This document shows, in pieces, positions 26,835 through 36,487 of a DNA stretch of 38,444 nucleotides. The translations under genes were made by a program, and so were the position numbers. Location: contig JAFYPR010000011.1 of NCBI GenBank assembly GCA_017547445.1, forward strand, positions 1 through 38,444, given 5' to 3'. This stretch comes from Clostridia bacterium (GTDB lineage: Bacteria > Bacillota > Clostridia > UMGS1883). The notes beneath the pieces are model-generated. The model was given only the letters and a program-made list of their open reading frames with translations, was not told where the DNA came from and ran no database searches. Within the stretch, counting starts at the first letter, position 1. Each line of letters begins with the position of its first letter.

Positions 26835-28061
26835 ATGAAAATCCTGCTCGTTAACAAGTTTCATAATATACACGGCGGCTCGGAAACCTATTATTTTTCT
26901 CTTGGAGAAATGCTTGGTAAGGCAGGATGCGATGTTATCTACTTTTCCATGAAGGATGAGGAAAACGAGCCTTGCGCTACGGAAGAATATTTCGTTGAAA
27001 ACGTGGATTTCAATGCCAGAATGAGCGTTGGAAAGACTTTGAAAACTGCTATTAAGCTTCTGTATTCCTTTGAAGCGAAAGAAAAGTTTGAAAAGCTTAT
27101 AAGGGATGAAAGACCTGATATAATTCATCTTAATCTCTTTCAAAGTCAGCTGACGGGCTCTGTTGTAGATGCGGCGAAGAAATATAATATTCCCATTGTG
27201 CACACGGCACATGACCTTAAGAGCATTTGTCCTAACTATAAGATGCTTAACAATGGAAAAATTTGTGAAAGGTGCATCAGAGGGAATTATACAAACTGCT
27301 TTAAGTCAGGTTGCATGAAAAATTCGAAGAGAAAGAGCCTTCTTGCAACACTGGAGGCTTATGTGTACAAGCTTATCGGTACATACAGAAAGCTTGATGT
27401 AATAATCACACCTTCGGAGTTTTACAAGAGGAAGATTCTTGATGCAAATGTGACTGACTGTGAAATTATTCACATGAAAAATTTCTTACCTTCAGGTACC
27501 GAATACAAACTGAGTAATGCGGGGGATTACCTTCTCTTTTTCGGCAGATTAAGCGAAGAGAAGGGGATTATATCCCTGCTTGAGGCTTATAAAAAAGCAG
27601 ATGTTGATAAGCCTTTGTACATTGTTGGCAAAGGTCCCATGGAAGAAGAGATAAGAGAATATATTGATAAAAATACCCTTGCAGATAAGGTTTTTCTTAC
27701 AGGTTTTAAAAAGAAAAATGAGCTTAAGAAAATAATAGAGGCTTCTATATGTGTATGCCTTATTAGTGAGTGGTATGAAAATTGCCCTTGCTCGGTGATG
27801 GAGGCAATGGCGATGGGGAAGCCTGTTATTGCAAATGACATTGGCGGACTTTCTGAAATCGTGAAGGATGGGGAAACAGGTTTTGTTGTGCCTGCCTTTG
27901 ACACAGATAAGTTAAGCTCTGCAATTGAGAGGATGTGCAATCTCACAAAAGAGGATTTGCTTGAAATGAGTAAAAATGCCCTTTTGTATGCGAAAGAGAA
28001 TTTTGACGATAAGAAGTATCTTGAAAAACTGCTCGGTATATACCGCAGTTTAGTAAAATGA
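26835..28061 (+). CDS. GT4 family glycosyltransferase with Cys-rich insert
   Basis: GGSE, HTAHD, GRLSEEKG, E-x7-E (ENCPCSVME). Confidence 0.9.
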   Translation: MKILLVNKFHNIHGGSETYYFSLGEMLGKAGCDVIYFSMKDEENEPCATEEYFVENVDFNARMSVGKTLKTAIKLLYSFEAKEKFEKLIRDERPDIIHLNLFQSQLTGSVVDAAKKYNIPIVHTAHDLKSICPNYKMLNNGKICERCIRGNYTNCFKSGCMKNSKRKSLLATLEAYVYKLIGTYRKLDVIITPSEFYKRKILDANVTDCEIIHMKNFLPSGTEYKLSNAGDYLLFFGRLSEEKGIISLLEAYKKADVDKPLYIVGKGPMEEEIREYIDKNTLADKVFLTGFKKKNELKKIIEASICVCLISEWYENCPCSVMEAMAMGKPVIANDIGGLSEIVKDGETGFVVPAFDTDKLSSAIERMCNLTKEDLLEMSKNALLYAKENFDDKKYLEKLLGIYRSLVK

Positions 28062-28085
28062 CAGGGCAAAAGAAAGAGTGAAGAT

Positions 28086-29138
28086 ATGTTTGATTTAAGC
28101 TTTTATAAAGGCAAAAGGGTTTTTATAACGGGACATACAGGATTTAAAGGCTCATGGCTTTGCAAGATGCTCGCTAATGCCGGAGCTTTAGTGACAGGGT
28201 ATTCTCTGGAGCCTCCGACTAATCCTTCGCTTTATGATATTGCCGGGGTTGAAAATGATGTGGTAAGTATTATAGGCGATATAAGAGATTATGACAAATT
28301 AAAAACAGCCTTTGATAAAGCACAGCCTGAGGTTGTATTGCACCTTGCGGCTCAGCCTATTGTGCGAGATGGCTACAAGGACCCCAAGTATACCTATGAA
28401 ACAAATGTTATGGGAACTGTTAATATTTTAGAGTGTGTACGAAATTCGGATTGCGTAAAATCCTTTTTGAATGTTACCACTGATAAGGTTTATAAAAATC
28501 GGGAATGGGAGTGGGGTTATCGTGAAAACGAAGAGCTTGACGGCTTTGACCCTTATTCAAACTCCAAATCATGCTCTGAATTGGTAACACACAGCTATAA
28601 GCAGAGCTTTTTTGCAGATGGTAATGTTCCCATTTCCACTGCAAGAGCAGGCAATGTAATCGGCGGCGGTGATTTTGCAAACGACAGAATAATCCCGGAC
28701 TGTGTACGTGCAGCAATGATGAAAGAAAATATAATTGTGCGTAACCCTCATTCCACAAGACCCTTTCAGCACGTTTTAGAGCCGCTTTATGCTTATCTTA
28801 TGATTGTGGCAAAGCAGTATGAAGATGCGGGCCTTGCAGGATATTACAATGTGGGACCTGATGATGCGGATTGCTTAAGAACAGGTGCTTTGGTCGACTT
28901 GTTTGCGAATGAGTGGGGAGAAGGACTCAAGTGGATTAATAAATCTGACGGCGGACCTCATGAAGCAAGCTTTTTGAAGCTTGACTGCTCAAAATTGAAA
29001 AAGACCTTTGACTGGAAGCCTAAGTGGAATATTGAAAAAGCCATAGAAAAGACTGTTGAATGGTCAAAATGCTATATATCAGGCGGAGATATCCGTGAAT
29101 GCATGGATAGGCAAATTGAGGAGTTTTTAGGAGAATAA
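28086..29138 (+). CDS. rfbG: CDP-glucose 4,6-dehydratase
   Basis: TGHTGFKGSWL, HLAAQP, TTDKVY, DPYSNSK, RAGNVIGGGD, RPFQHVLEPL. Confidence 0.95.
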   Translation: MFDLSFYKGKRVFITGHTGFKGSWLCKMLANAGALVTGYSLEPPTNPSLYDIAGVENDVVSIIGDIRDYDKLKTAFDKAQPEVVLHLAAQPIVRDGYKDPKYTYETNVMGTVNILECVRNSDCVKSFLNVTTDKVYKNREWEWGYRENEELDGFDPYSNSKSCSELVTHSYKQSFFADGNVPISTARAGNVIGGGDFANDRIIPDCVRAAMMKENIIVRNPHSTRPFQHVLEPLYAYLMIVAKQYEDAGLAGYYNVGPDDADCLRTGALVDLFANEWGEGLKWINKSDGGPHEASFLKLDCSKLKKTFDWKPKWNIEKAIEKTVEWSKCYISGGDIRECMDRQIEEFLGE

Positions 29139-29139
29139 T

Positions 29140-30480
29140 ATGGAAAACCGAAAAAATGAACAGGAAGCCAGAGAGCAAATCAAGGCTTTGGTTAAAGAAT
29201 ACTACCATGATTTTAAAGAAAAGAAAGAGCCTTTTTGTGAAGGTGACAGAATAAGCTATGCATCACGTGTGTTTGATGAAAAGGAAATGTGCGCATTGAC
29301 GGATGCTATGCTCGATTTTTGGCTGACAACAGGTCGCTTTGCAGATGAGTTTGAAAAGGAATTTGCAAAATGGATAGGTGTTAAATATGCACATCTCGTA
29401 AACTCAGGCTCAAGTGCAAACCTTATTGCTTTTATGGTGCTCACATCACCTGAATTAGGCGAGAGACAAGTTAAGAGAGGCGATGAGGTTATAACCGTTG
29501 CCTGTGGTTTTCCCACTACTGTTACACCCGTGTTGCAGTATGGTGCTGTGCCTGTTTTTGTGGATGTGACAATTCCCCAGTACAATATTGATGTGACAAA
29601 GCTTGAAGAGGCTTTAAGCGATAAGACTAAGGCTGTTATGATTGCCCATACCTTGGGTAACCCATTTAACTTAAAGGCAGTAAAGGAATTCTGCGATAAG
29701 CATAATTTATGGCTTGTTGAAGACAATTGTGATGCATTGGGCAGTGAATATACAATTGACTCTGTAACTAAGTTTACAGGTACGTGGGGCGATATCGGTA
29801 CAAGCAGTTTTTATCCGCCTCATCATATGACAATGGGCGAAGGCGGTTGCGTATATACAAATAATCCGCTTTTGCACAGACTTATTTTATCCTTCCGTGA
29901 TTGGGGCAGAGACTGTATTTGTCCTTCAGGACAGGACAACTTCTGTAATCACCGTTTTGACGGTCAGTACGGTCTGTTGCCTTTAGGTTATGACCATAAG
30001 TATGTTTATAGCCATTTCGGATATAACCTTAAGGTTACCGATATGCAGGCGGCAATAGGCTGTGAGCAGTTAAAGAAATTCCCTTCTTTTATTGAAAGGA
30101 GAAAGCATAATTGGTTAAGGCTGAGAAAAGCACTTGAGTGTGTAGAGGATAAATTAATTCTCCCTGCTCCTTGTGCAAACAGTGACCCTTCCTGGTTTGG
30201 CTTTCTTATCACAGCGAAAGAAGGCAGTAACCTCAAGAGAAACGACATAACAAGATATATTGAAGAACACAATATACAGACAAGACTTTTGTTCTCGGGT
30301 AATCTTATAAAGCACCCATGCTTTGACAGTATAAGAGGAACGGATGCTTACAGAGTATCGGGAGACTTGACTGTAACCGATTATATCATGAACAATACCT
30401 TCTGGGTTGGTGTATACCCCGGAATGACAGACGAAATGATTGATTATATGGCAAAGGTTATAATTGAAGCAGTAAGATAA
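29140..30480 (+). CDS. rfbH: CDP-4-keto-6-deoxyglucose 3-dehydrase (RfbH/DdhC, E1)
   Basis: NSGSSANL, EDNCDALG, SFYPPHHMTMGEGG (His in place of the aminotransferase Lys), Cys cluster RDWGRDCICPSGQDNFC, YDHKY. Confidence 0.93.
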   Translation: MENRKNEQEAREQIKALVKEYYHDFKEKKEPFCEGDRISYASRVFDEKEMCALTDAMLDFWLTTGRFADEFEKEFAKWIGVKYAHLVNSGSSANLIAFMVLTSPELGERQVKRGDEVITVACGFPTTVTPVLQYGAVPVFVDVTIPQYNIDVTKLEEALSDKTKAVMIAHTLGNPFNLKAVKEFCDKHNLWLVEDNCDALGSEYTIDSVTKFTGTWGDIGTSSFYPPHHMTMGEGGCVYTNNPLLHRLILSFRDWGRDCICPSGQDNFCNHRFDGQYGLLPLGYDHKYVYSHFGYNLKVTDMQAAIGCEQLKKFPSFIERRKHNWLRLRKALECVEDKLILPAPCANSDPSWFGFLITAKEGSNLKRNDITRYIEEHNIQTRLLFSGNLIKHPCFDSIRGTDAYRVSGDLTVTDYIMNNTFWVGVYPGMTDEMIDYMAKVIIEAVR

Positions 30481-30495
30481 CTGAGGAGATTTTGA

Positions 30496-32328
30496 ATGAA
30501 GATACGTTTGGCGGACTATGTTGCAGACTTTCTTGCATCCTGTGGCGTGAGTGACGTTTTCAGTGTTGTGGGAGGCGGTGCAATGCATCTTAACGATGCA
30601 TTCGGTCACCATGAAAAGTTACATGTAACATACAATCATCACGAGCAGGCATGTGCAATAGCTGCAGAAGCCTATGCAAGAATTGACAATAAAATAGCCG
30701 CTGTATGCGTAACAACAGGACCCGGAGGCACAAATGCACTGACAGGTGTGCTTGGAGGGTGGCTTGATTCAATCCCCATGTTTATAATAAGCGGACAGGT
30801 GAGATATGATACAACTGCACGTTATGCAATGCAGTTTACGGACGGATTGCCACTTCGTGCGGTGGGGGATCAGGAGTATGATATTGTAAAATCAGCTGAG
30901 CATATGACAAAGTATGCGGTAATGCTTGAAAATCCTCTTGACATCCGCTATTGTCTGGAAAAAGCATGGCATCTGGCAACAAGCGGGAGATGCGGCCCTG
31001 TGTGGGTTGATATTCCTGTAAATTTCCAAGGTATGTTTATTGAAACTGATGATTTGAAGGGTTATGACTGTACAGAAGATGATAAGCTGTTGCCCGAAGA
31101 GGTTTCGGATGATGTTATAGATGATGTGATAGAAGAGATTAAAAAGGCAAAGCGTCCTGTTTTGCACGCAGGCTACGGTATCAGATTGTCAGGAGGCTAT
31201 GAAGCTTTCAGAAGAGTTATCAAAAAGCTGAATATCCCCGTTGTAACCTATTGGAATGCAGTTGACCTCATTGAAGATGATAATCCTTTATATACGGGCA
31301 GAGCAGGGAATATGGGCGACAGAGCAGGTAACTGGGCAATACAGAATGCAGATTTGATTGTTGCCATAGGTACACGTATTTCTATCAGACAGGTAGGCTA
31401 TAACTGGAAAACATGGGCAAGATGTGCCCGTGTTGTCATGGTTGATATAGACCGTGCTGAAATGAAGAAGCATACAATCCATGTAGATATGCCCATCTGG
31501 GCAGATGCAAAGGGTTTTCTTGAAAAATTAGATGAAAGGCTCACCTTGCCATTAGATGAAAAGAGTGAATGGCTTACAAAGTGTGAGGGTTGGAAGAAAA
31601 ATTATCCTGTTGTGACAAAGAAACAGGAGGAGTATAATGATGATGGCGTAAATGTTTATGCATTTATGAAATACATGAGCTCAAGCTTACCCGAAGGAAG
31701 TCTTACGGCTGTTTCCAACGGAGCCTGCTGTGTTGTGGGAAATCAGGCTTTTGTTATAAAAAATGGCTCAAGAATGACAAACAACAGTGCTGTTGCGAGC
31801 ATGGGATACGGACTTCCCGCATCAATCGGCACATGTATAGCTTCGGGCAGACGTGATACAGTTTGTCTTGAGGGCGATGGCAGTATAATGATGAATTTGC
31901 AGGAATTGATGACTGTTATTACAAATAAACTGCCCATTAAAATTTTTCTCATAAACAACGAGGGATATCATTCTATAAGGCTTACACAGAATAATTTGTT
32001 TAAGGAAAAATCAAAGATTGGTATCGGTCCCGAGTCGGGAGATTTATCCTTCCCTGAATTTAAAAAGATTGCTGACGCCTTTGGCTACAGATATTACAGG
32101 GCGACAACCAACGAAGAAATGCGATGTGTTGTTGATGAGGTGCTTACTCTTGAAGGTGCCGTATTCTGTGAAATTTTTACTGATACAGAGCAGGTCTGGG
32201 AGCCTAAGAGCAGTACAAAAAGACTTGAGGACGGAACATTGGTAAGTCCGCCATTAGAGGATTTGGCTCCGTTTTTACCAAGAGAAGAACTGAAAGATAT
32301 AATGTGTATTCCCTTACTGGAGGAATAA
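30496..32328 (+). CDS. Thiamine diphosphate-dependent enzyme, acetolactate synthase family, YerE-like
   Basis: HHEQA, TTGPGGTN, ThDP motif GDGS...NN. Lies right after rfbG-rfbH, and no ilvN is adjacent. Confidence 0.85.
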   Translation: MKIRLADYVADFLASCGVSDVFSVVGGGAMHLNDAFGHHEKLHVTYNHHEQACAIAAEAYARIDNKIAAVCVTTGPGGTNALTGVLGGWLDSIPMFIISGQVRYDTTARYAMQFTDGLPLRAVGDQEYDIVKSAEHMTKYAVMLENPLDIRYCLEKAWHLATSGRCGPVWVDIPVNFQGMFIETDDLKGYDCTEDDKLLPEEVSDDVIDDVIEEIKKAKRPVLHAGYGIRLSGGYEAFRRVIKKLNIPVVTYWNAVDLIEDDNPLYTGRAGNMGDRAGNWAIQNADLIVAIGTRISIRQVGYNWKTWARCARVVMVDIDRAEMKKHTIHVDMPIWADAKGFLEKLDERLTLPLDEKSEWLTKCEGWKKNYPVVTKKQEEYNDDGVNVYAFMKYMSSSLPEGSLTAVSNGACCVVGNQAFVIKNGSRMTNNSAVASMGYGLPASIGTCIASGRRDTVCLEGDGSIMMNLQELMTVITNKLPIKIFLINNEGYHSIRLTQNNLFKEKSKIGIGPESGDLSFPEFKKIADAFGYRYYRATTNEEMRCVVDEVLTLEGAVFCEIFTDTEQVWEPKSSTKRLEDGTLVSPPLEDLAPFLPREELKDIMCIPLLEE

Positions 32329-32329
32329 T

Positions 32330-33229
32330 ATGATAAAAAGAGCTGTGATTTCAGGTGCAACAGGCGCTATCGGCACCGCACTTATAGAAGAACTTACAGA
32401 TAAAGGATTGGAAGTACTTGTCCTTTTGAGAGAAGGCTCAGAGAGGAATGACAATGTTCCCTCTTCAAGCCTTGTAACAAAAAAGTATTGTGATTTGAAG
32501 GATTTTGAATCCATGCAGAACGATATGGGCAAGGAATATGATGTGTTTTATCATTTTGCATGGATGGGTACAACGGGCGAAGCTCGAAATGATATGTACC
32601 TGCAGAACATGAATGTTAAGTATGCTCTTGATGCAGTTAGTCTTGCCAAAAGATTAGGTTGCAAAACCTTTATAGGCGCAGGCAGTCAGGCTGAGTATGG
32701 CAGATGTGAGGGCGTATTGACACCGGGAACTTTGCCAAATCCCGAAACAGGCTACGGCATGGCAAAGCTTTGTGCAGGCTTTATGACAAGAAAGCTTGCC
32801 GGAGATTTGGGTGTGAAGCACATATGGGTAAGGGTTTTAAGTGTTTACGGAAAAAATGATACACCAAAAAGTATGGTTATGAGTACCGTAAACAAGCTTA
32901 AAAATAATATTGTACCAGAATTTACAAAAGGTGAGCAGATGTGGGATTATCTCAATTCTTCTGATGCGGCAAGGGCGTTTTATCTTTTAGGAGAAAAGGG
33001 AATTGACGGAAAAACCTATATTTTAGGCTCGGGCTGTGCAAAGCCTTTGAAAGAATATATTGAAATCATAAAAAATGTTGTTAAACCCAATTGTGAGATA
33101 AAGCTTGGTGCACTGCCTTATGCTGATAAGCAGATAATGCACCTTCAGGCAGATATAAGTGAATTGAAGAAGGATACGGGCTTTGAACCAAAGGTTAGTT
33201 TTGAAGACGGAATAAAGAGTTTATTGTAA
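32330..33229 (+). CDS. NAD(P)-dependent epimerase/reductase (extended SDR) acting on a nucleotide sugar
   Basis: GATGAIG, GSQAEYG, YGMAK, SVYG, WDYL. Confidence 0.85.
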   Translation: MIKRAVISGATGAIGTALIEELTDKGLEVLVLLREGSERNDNVPSSSLVTKKYCDLKDFESMQNDMGKEYDVFYHFAWMGTTGEARNDMYLQNMNVKYALDAVSLAKRLGCKTFIGAGSQAEYGRCEGVLTPGTLPNPETGYGMAKLCAGFMTRKLAGDLGVKHIWVRVLSVYGKNDTPKSMVMSTVNKLKNNIVPEFTKGEQMWDYLNSSDAARAFYLLGEKGIDGKTYILGSGCAKPLKEYIEIIKNVVKPNCEIKLGALPYADKQIMHLQADISELKKDTGFEPKVSFEDGIKSLL

Positions 33230-33241
33230 AGTGGTGATTGT

Positions 33242-34339
33242 ATGAAAATCGCAATGCTTGGACACAAGACAATACCCTCAAGAAAAGGGGGCGTTGAAAT
33301 CGTTGTAGGTGAAATTGCAAGCCGTATGGCAGAAAAGGGGCATAGTGTTGTATGCTATAACCGAAACGAAAAGGATGAGGTTAAATTAAAGGAATATAAG
33401 GGTGCGAAGCTCAAGTATGTTTTTACCGTTCATATGCGTGGAGCGGCGGCAATGAGTTCATCGTTTTTTGCAGCATTAAGAGCGGCATTCGGCAGATACG
33501 ATATTGTGCATTTTCATGCAGAGGGGCCTTCTGCAATGTGTTTTTTGCCCAAGCTTTTCGGAAAAAGGATTATTGTGACCGTACATGGTCTTGACTGGCA
33601 GAGGGATAAATGGGGCGGTTTTGCAACAAAATACTTGCTTTTGGGCGAAAAAATGGCTGTCAGGTTTGCTGATGAGATAATTGTTTTATCTGAAAACTTA
33701 AAGAAATATTTTAAAGATACATATAATCGGAAAACAGTGCTTATCCCCAACGGCATTGAAAAGCCTGAGATTATTCCTGCAGATTTGATAACAGAGAAGT
33801 GGGGACTTAAAAAGGACGGATACATACTGTTTTTGGGAAGAATTGTTCCTGAAAAGGGTATTGGGTATCTGGTTGATGCCTATGAAGAAATCAGCACCGA
33901 TAAAAAGCTTGTTATTGCAGGCGGTTCAAGTGATACAGACTCTTTCAGAAAAGAGCTTATGGACAGATGCAAAGATAATAAAAACATTATTTTTACCGAT
34001 TTTGTTCAGGGAAGAGAGCTTGAAGAGTTATTCAGTAATGCTTATATTTATGTTCTGCCGTCTGATTTGGAGGGCATGCCCATAAGCTTGCTTGAGGCAA
34101 TGAGCTACTCTAATTGTTGTGTTACATCTGATATTCCCGAGTGCACGGAGGCTGTGGGTGATATGGCAATAAGCTTTAGAAAGAGCGATATCCGTGATTT
34201 GGCAGAAAAGCTTCAGATGCTTTGTCAAAATGAAAATATTGTTTTTAAATATAAAAATTCCGCATCGGAGTATATTTGCGGAAAATATAATTGGGACAAT
34301 ATTGTTGATGAAACTTTAAAAATTTACGGAGGAAATTGA
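33242..34339 (+). CDS. GT4 family glycosyltransferase
   Basis: GGVE, TVHGLDW, GRIVPEKG, E-x7-E (EGMPISLLE). Confidence 0.92.
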   Translation: MKIAMLGHKTIPSRKGGVEIVVGEIASRMAEKGHSVVCYNRNEKDEVKLKEYKGAKLKYVFTVHMRGAAAMSSSFFAALRAAFGRYDIVHFHAEGPSAMCFLPKLFGKRIIVTVHGLDWQRDKWGGFATKYLLLGEKMAVRFADEIIVLSENLKKYFKDTYNRKTVLIPNGIEKPEIIPADLITEKWGLKKDGYILFLGRIVPEKGIGYLVDAYEEISTDKKLVIAGGSSDTDSFRKELMDRCKDNKNIIFTDFVQGRELEELFSNAYIYVLPSDLEGMPISLLEAMSYSNCCVTSDIPECTEAVGDMAISFRKSDIRDLAEKLQMLCQNENIVFKYKNSASEYICGKYNWDNIVDETLKIYGGN

Positions 34340-34340
34340 A

Positions 34341-35393
34341 ATGAGCAAGCAGATTATTGATTTGAAGGGAAAGACTGTTTTGGTAACAGGTGCGGCGGGC
34401 TTTATCGGTGCAAACCTGGTAAAGAGGCTGTATAATGACATTGAGAATGTTAAGGTAATAGGTATTGACAATGTGAATGACTATTACGATATTCGTCTTA
34501 AGGATTACAGACTTAAAGAGCTTGGTGAATACGAATCCTTTGAATTTATCAAGGGAAGCATTGCAGACAAGGCGATAATAACTGAGGTTTTTGAAAAGTA
34601 TAAGCCTTCTGTTGTTGTTAATCTTGCAGCTCAGGCGGGTGTAAGATATTCAATTACAAACCCTGATGTGTATATTGAAGCTAACCTTATCGGTTTTTAT
34701 AATATTTTGGAGGCATGCCGTCATTACGGAGTAGAGCATCTGGTTTACGCATCTTCCTCCAGTGTTTACGGCTCAAACAAGAAGGTGCCTTATTCTACTG
34801 AGGACAAGGTTGATAACCCCGTATCCTTATATGCGGCTACGAAAAAGTCAAATGAATTGATGGCACATGCATATTCAAAGCTTTACAACATTCCTTCGAC
34901 GGGTCTTCGTTTCTTTACTGTTTACGGACCTGCGGGAAGACCCGATATGGCATACTTTGGCTTTACAAATAAGCTTGTAAAGGGTGAAAAAATTCAGATT
35001 TTCAACTACGGTAACTGCAAGAGAGACTTTACATATGTTGACGATATCGTTGAAGGTGTAATCCGTGTTATGCAGGGTGCACCCGAGAAGGAGACGGGCG
35101 AGGACGGACTTCCGCTTCCTCCTTATGCAGTTTATAATATCGGTAACAATCAGCCTGAAAATCTTCTGGACTTTGTTACAATACTTCAGGAGGAGCTTGT
35201 CAGTGCAGGCGTGCTTCCTTCAGATTATGATTTTGAAGCACATAAAGAGCTTGTACCCATGCAGCCGGGTGATGTGCCGATTACATATGCTGATACAACA
35301 GCATTGGAAGAGGATTTCGGATTTAAGCCTTCCACATCTCTCAGAGAAGGCTTGAGACGCTTTGCAATCTGGTATAAGGAATTTTATTATTAA
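34341..35393 (+). CDS. UDP-glucuronate 4-epimerase-type SDR (CapI/WbnF-like)
   Basis: GAAGFIG, LAAQAGVRYS, ASSSSVYG, YAATKK, RFFTVYGPAGRPDMA, MQPGDV. Confidence 0.9.
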   Translation: MSKQIIDLKGKTVLVTGAAGFIGANLVKRLYNDIENVKVIGIDNVNDYYDIRLKDYRLKELGEYESFEFIKGSIADKAIITEVFEKYKPSVVVNLAAQAGVRYSITNPDVYIEANLIGFYNILEACRHYGVEHLVYASSSSVYGSNKKVPYSTEDKVDNPVSLYAATKKSNELMAHAYSKLYNIPSTGLRFFTVYGPAGRPDMAYFGFTNKLVKGEKIQIFNYGNCKRDFTYVDDIVEGVIRVMQGAPEKETGEDGLPLPPYAVYNIGNNQPENLLDFVTILQEELVSAGVLPSDYDFEAHKELVPMQPGDVPITYADTTALEEDFGFKPSTSLREGLRRFAIWYKEFYY

Positions 35394-35410
35394 TTTCGGG
35401 AGAGATAAAA

Positions 35411-36487
35411 TTGGCAGGTAAGAAACTAAACGGCACGGTGATTGTTACATACCGATGTAATGCAAAATGCAATATGTGCAAAAGGTATCAGTCGCCTTCA
35501 TTGCCTGAGGATGAAATTACAATTGAAGCGATAAAAAAGCTGCCTGAGATGTATTTTACAAACATAACAGGCGGTGAACCCTTTATCCGTGAGGATATTA
35601 AGGATATTGTGTGCGAATTATACAAGAAAAGCGACCGTATTGTAATCTCTACCAACGGTTTCTTTACCGAAAAGATAATTGATTTGTGCAAGGAGTTTCC
35701 AAAGGTCGGGATAAGAATTTCCATTGAAGGGTTAGAGGAAACAAACAACTCTATACGTGGCTTGGAGGATGGCTTTAACAAAGGCTACAGCACTTTAATA
35801 AAGCTTAAGGAAATGGGATTAAAGGATATCGGCTTCGGTATGACGGTGCAGGATTGTAATGCCTGTGATTTAGTTCCGCTTTATGATATATCTGATGATT
35901 TGGATATGGAATTTGCAACGGCAGCAGTTCACAACAGCTTTTACTTTGTGGAGACGGGAAATATAATACACGAGAGAGAAAAGGTTGCTCTTGCTTTTGA
36001 AGAGCTTATAAACAAGCTTTTAAGGTCAAATTCACCTAAAAAGTGGATGAGAGCATATTTTAACCACGGATTAATCAATTATGTTTATTCACAGAAGAGA
36101 CTCCTTCCTTGCGATATGAGCTTTGACACATTTTTTGTTGACCCCTACGGTGATGTGGTGCCCTGTAACGGTACACGGGAAAAAGAGGTTATGGGGAACC
36201 TTAATAAGCAGAGCTGGGACGAAATATGGAACGGTGAAAAAGCTGAAGCGGTGCGTAAAAAGGTGCGATGCTGCAGTCGTAATTGCTGGATGATAGGCTC
36301 GGTTTCGCCTGCTATGCATAAGTATATTTGGGTGCCCGGAATGTGGGTAATGTGGCATAAGCTTAAATCTCTTTTTGCAAAAAAGCCATATTCCATGTAT
36401 GAGAACAAAATTGTGCGAGAATATCGTGACGGCAAAGTAACAAAAGAAGAGCTTGACAGATGTTCAACTTGTGAGGTGTTAAAATGA
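35411..36487 (+). CDS. Radical SAM protein with SPASM/twitch domain
   Basis: CNAKCNMC (CX3CX2C), TGGEP, STNG; auxiliary cluster region LPC...DPYGDVVPC...CCSRNC. TTG start after GGGAG. Confidence 0.92.
   Translation: MAGKKLNGTVIVTYRCNAKCNMCKRYQSPSLPEDEITIEAIKKLPEMYFTNITGGEPFIREDIKDIVCELYKKSDRIVISTNGFFTEKIIDLCKEFPKVGIRISIEGLEETNNSIRGLEDGFNKGYSTLIKLKEMGLKDIGFGMTVQDCNACDLVPLYDISDDLDMEFATAAVHNSFYFVETGNIIHEREKVALAFEELINKLLRSNSPKKWMRAYFNHGLINYVYSQKRLLPCDMSFDTFFVDPYGDVVPCNGTREKEVMGNLNKQSWDEIWNGEKAEAVRKKVRCCSRNCWMIGSVSPAMHKYIWVPGMWVMWHKLKSLFAKKPYSMYENKIVREYRDGKVTKEELDRCSTCEVLK

Noticed and set aside
29140-30480. DegT/DnrJ sugar aminotransferase
   Set aside because: The Schiff-base Lys position is His and an Fe-S Cys cluster is present, typical of E1 dehydrase.
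30496-32328. Branched-chain amino acid acetolactate synthase ilvB
   Set aside because: No ilvN, ilvC or ilvD nearby; the gene is coupled to rfbG-rfbH.
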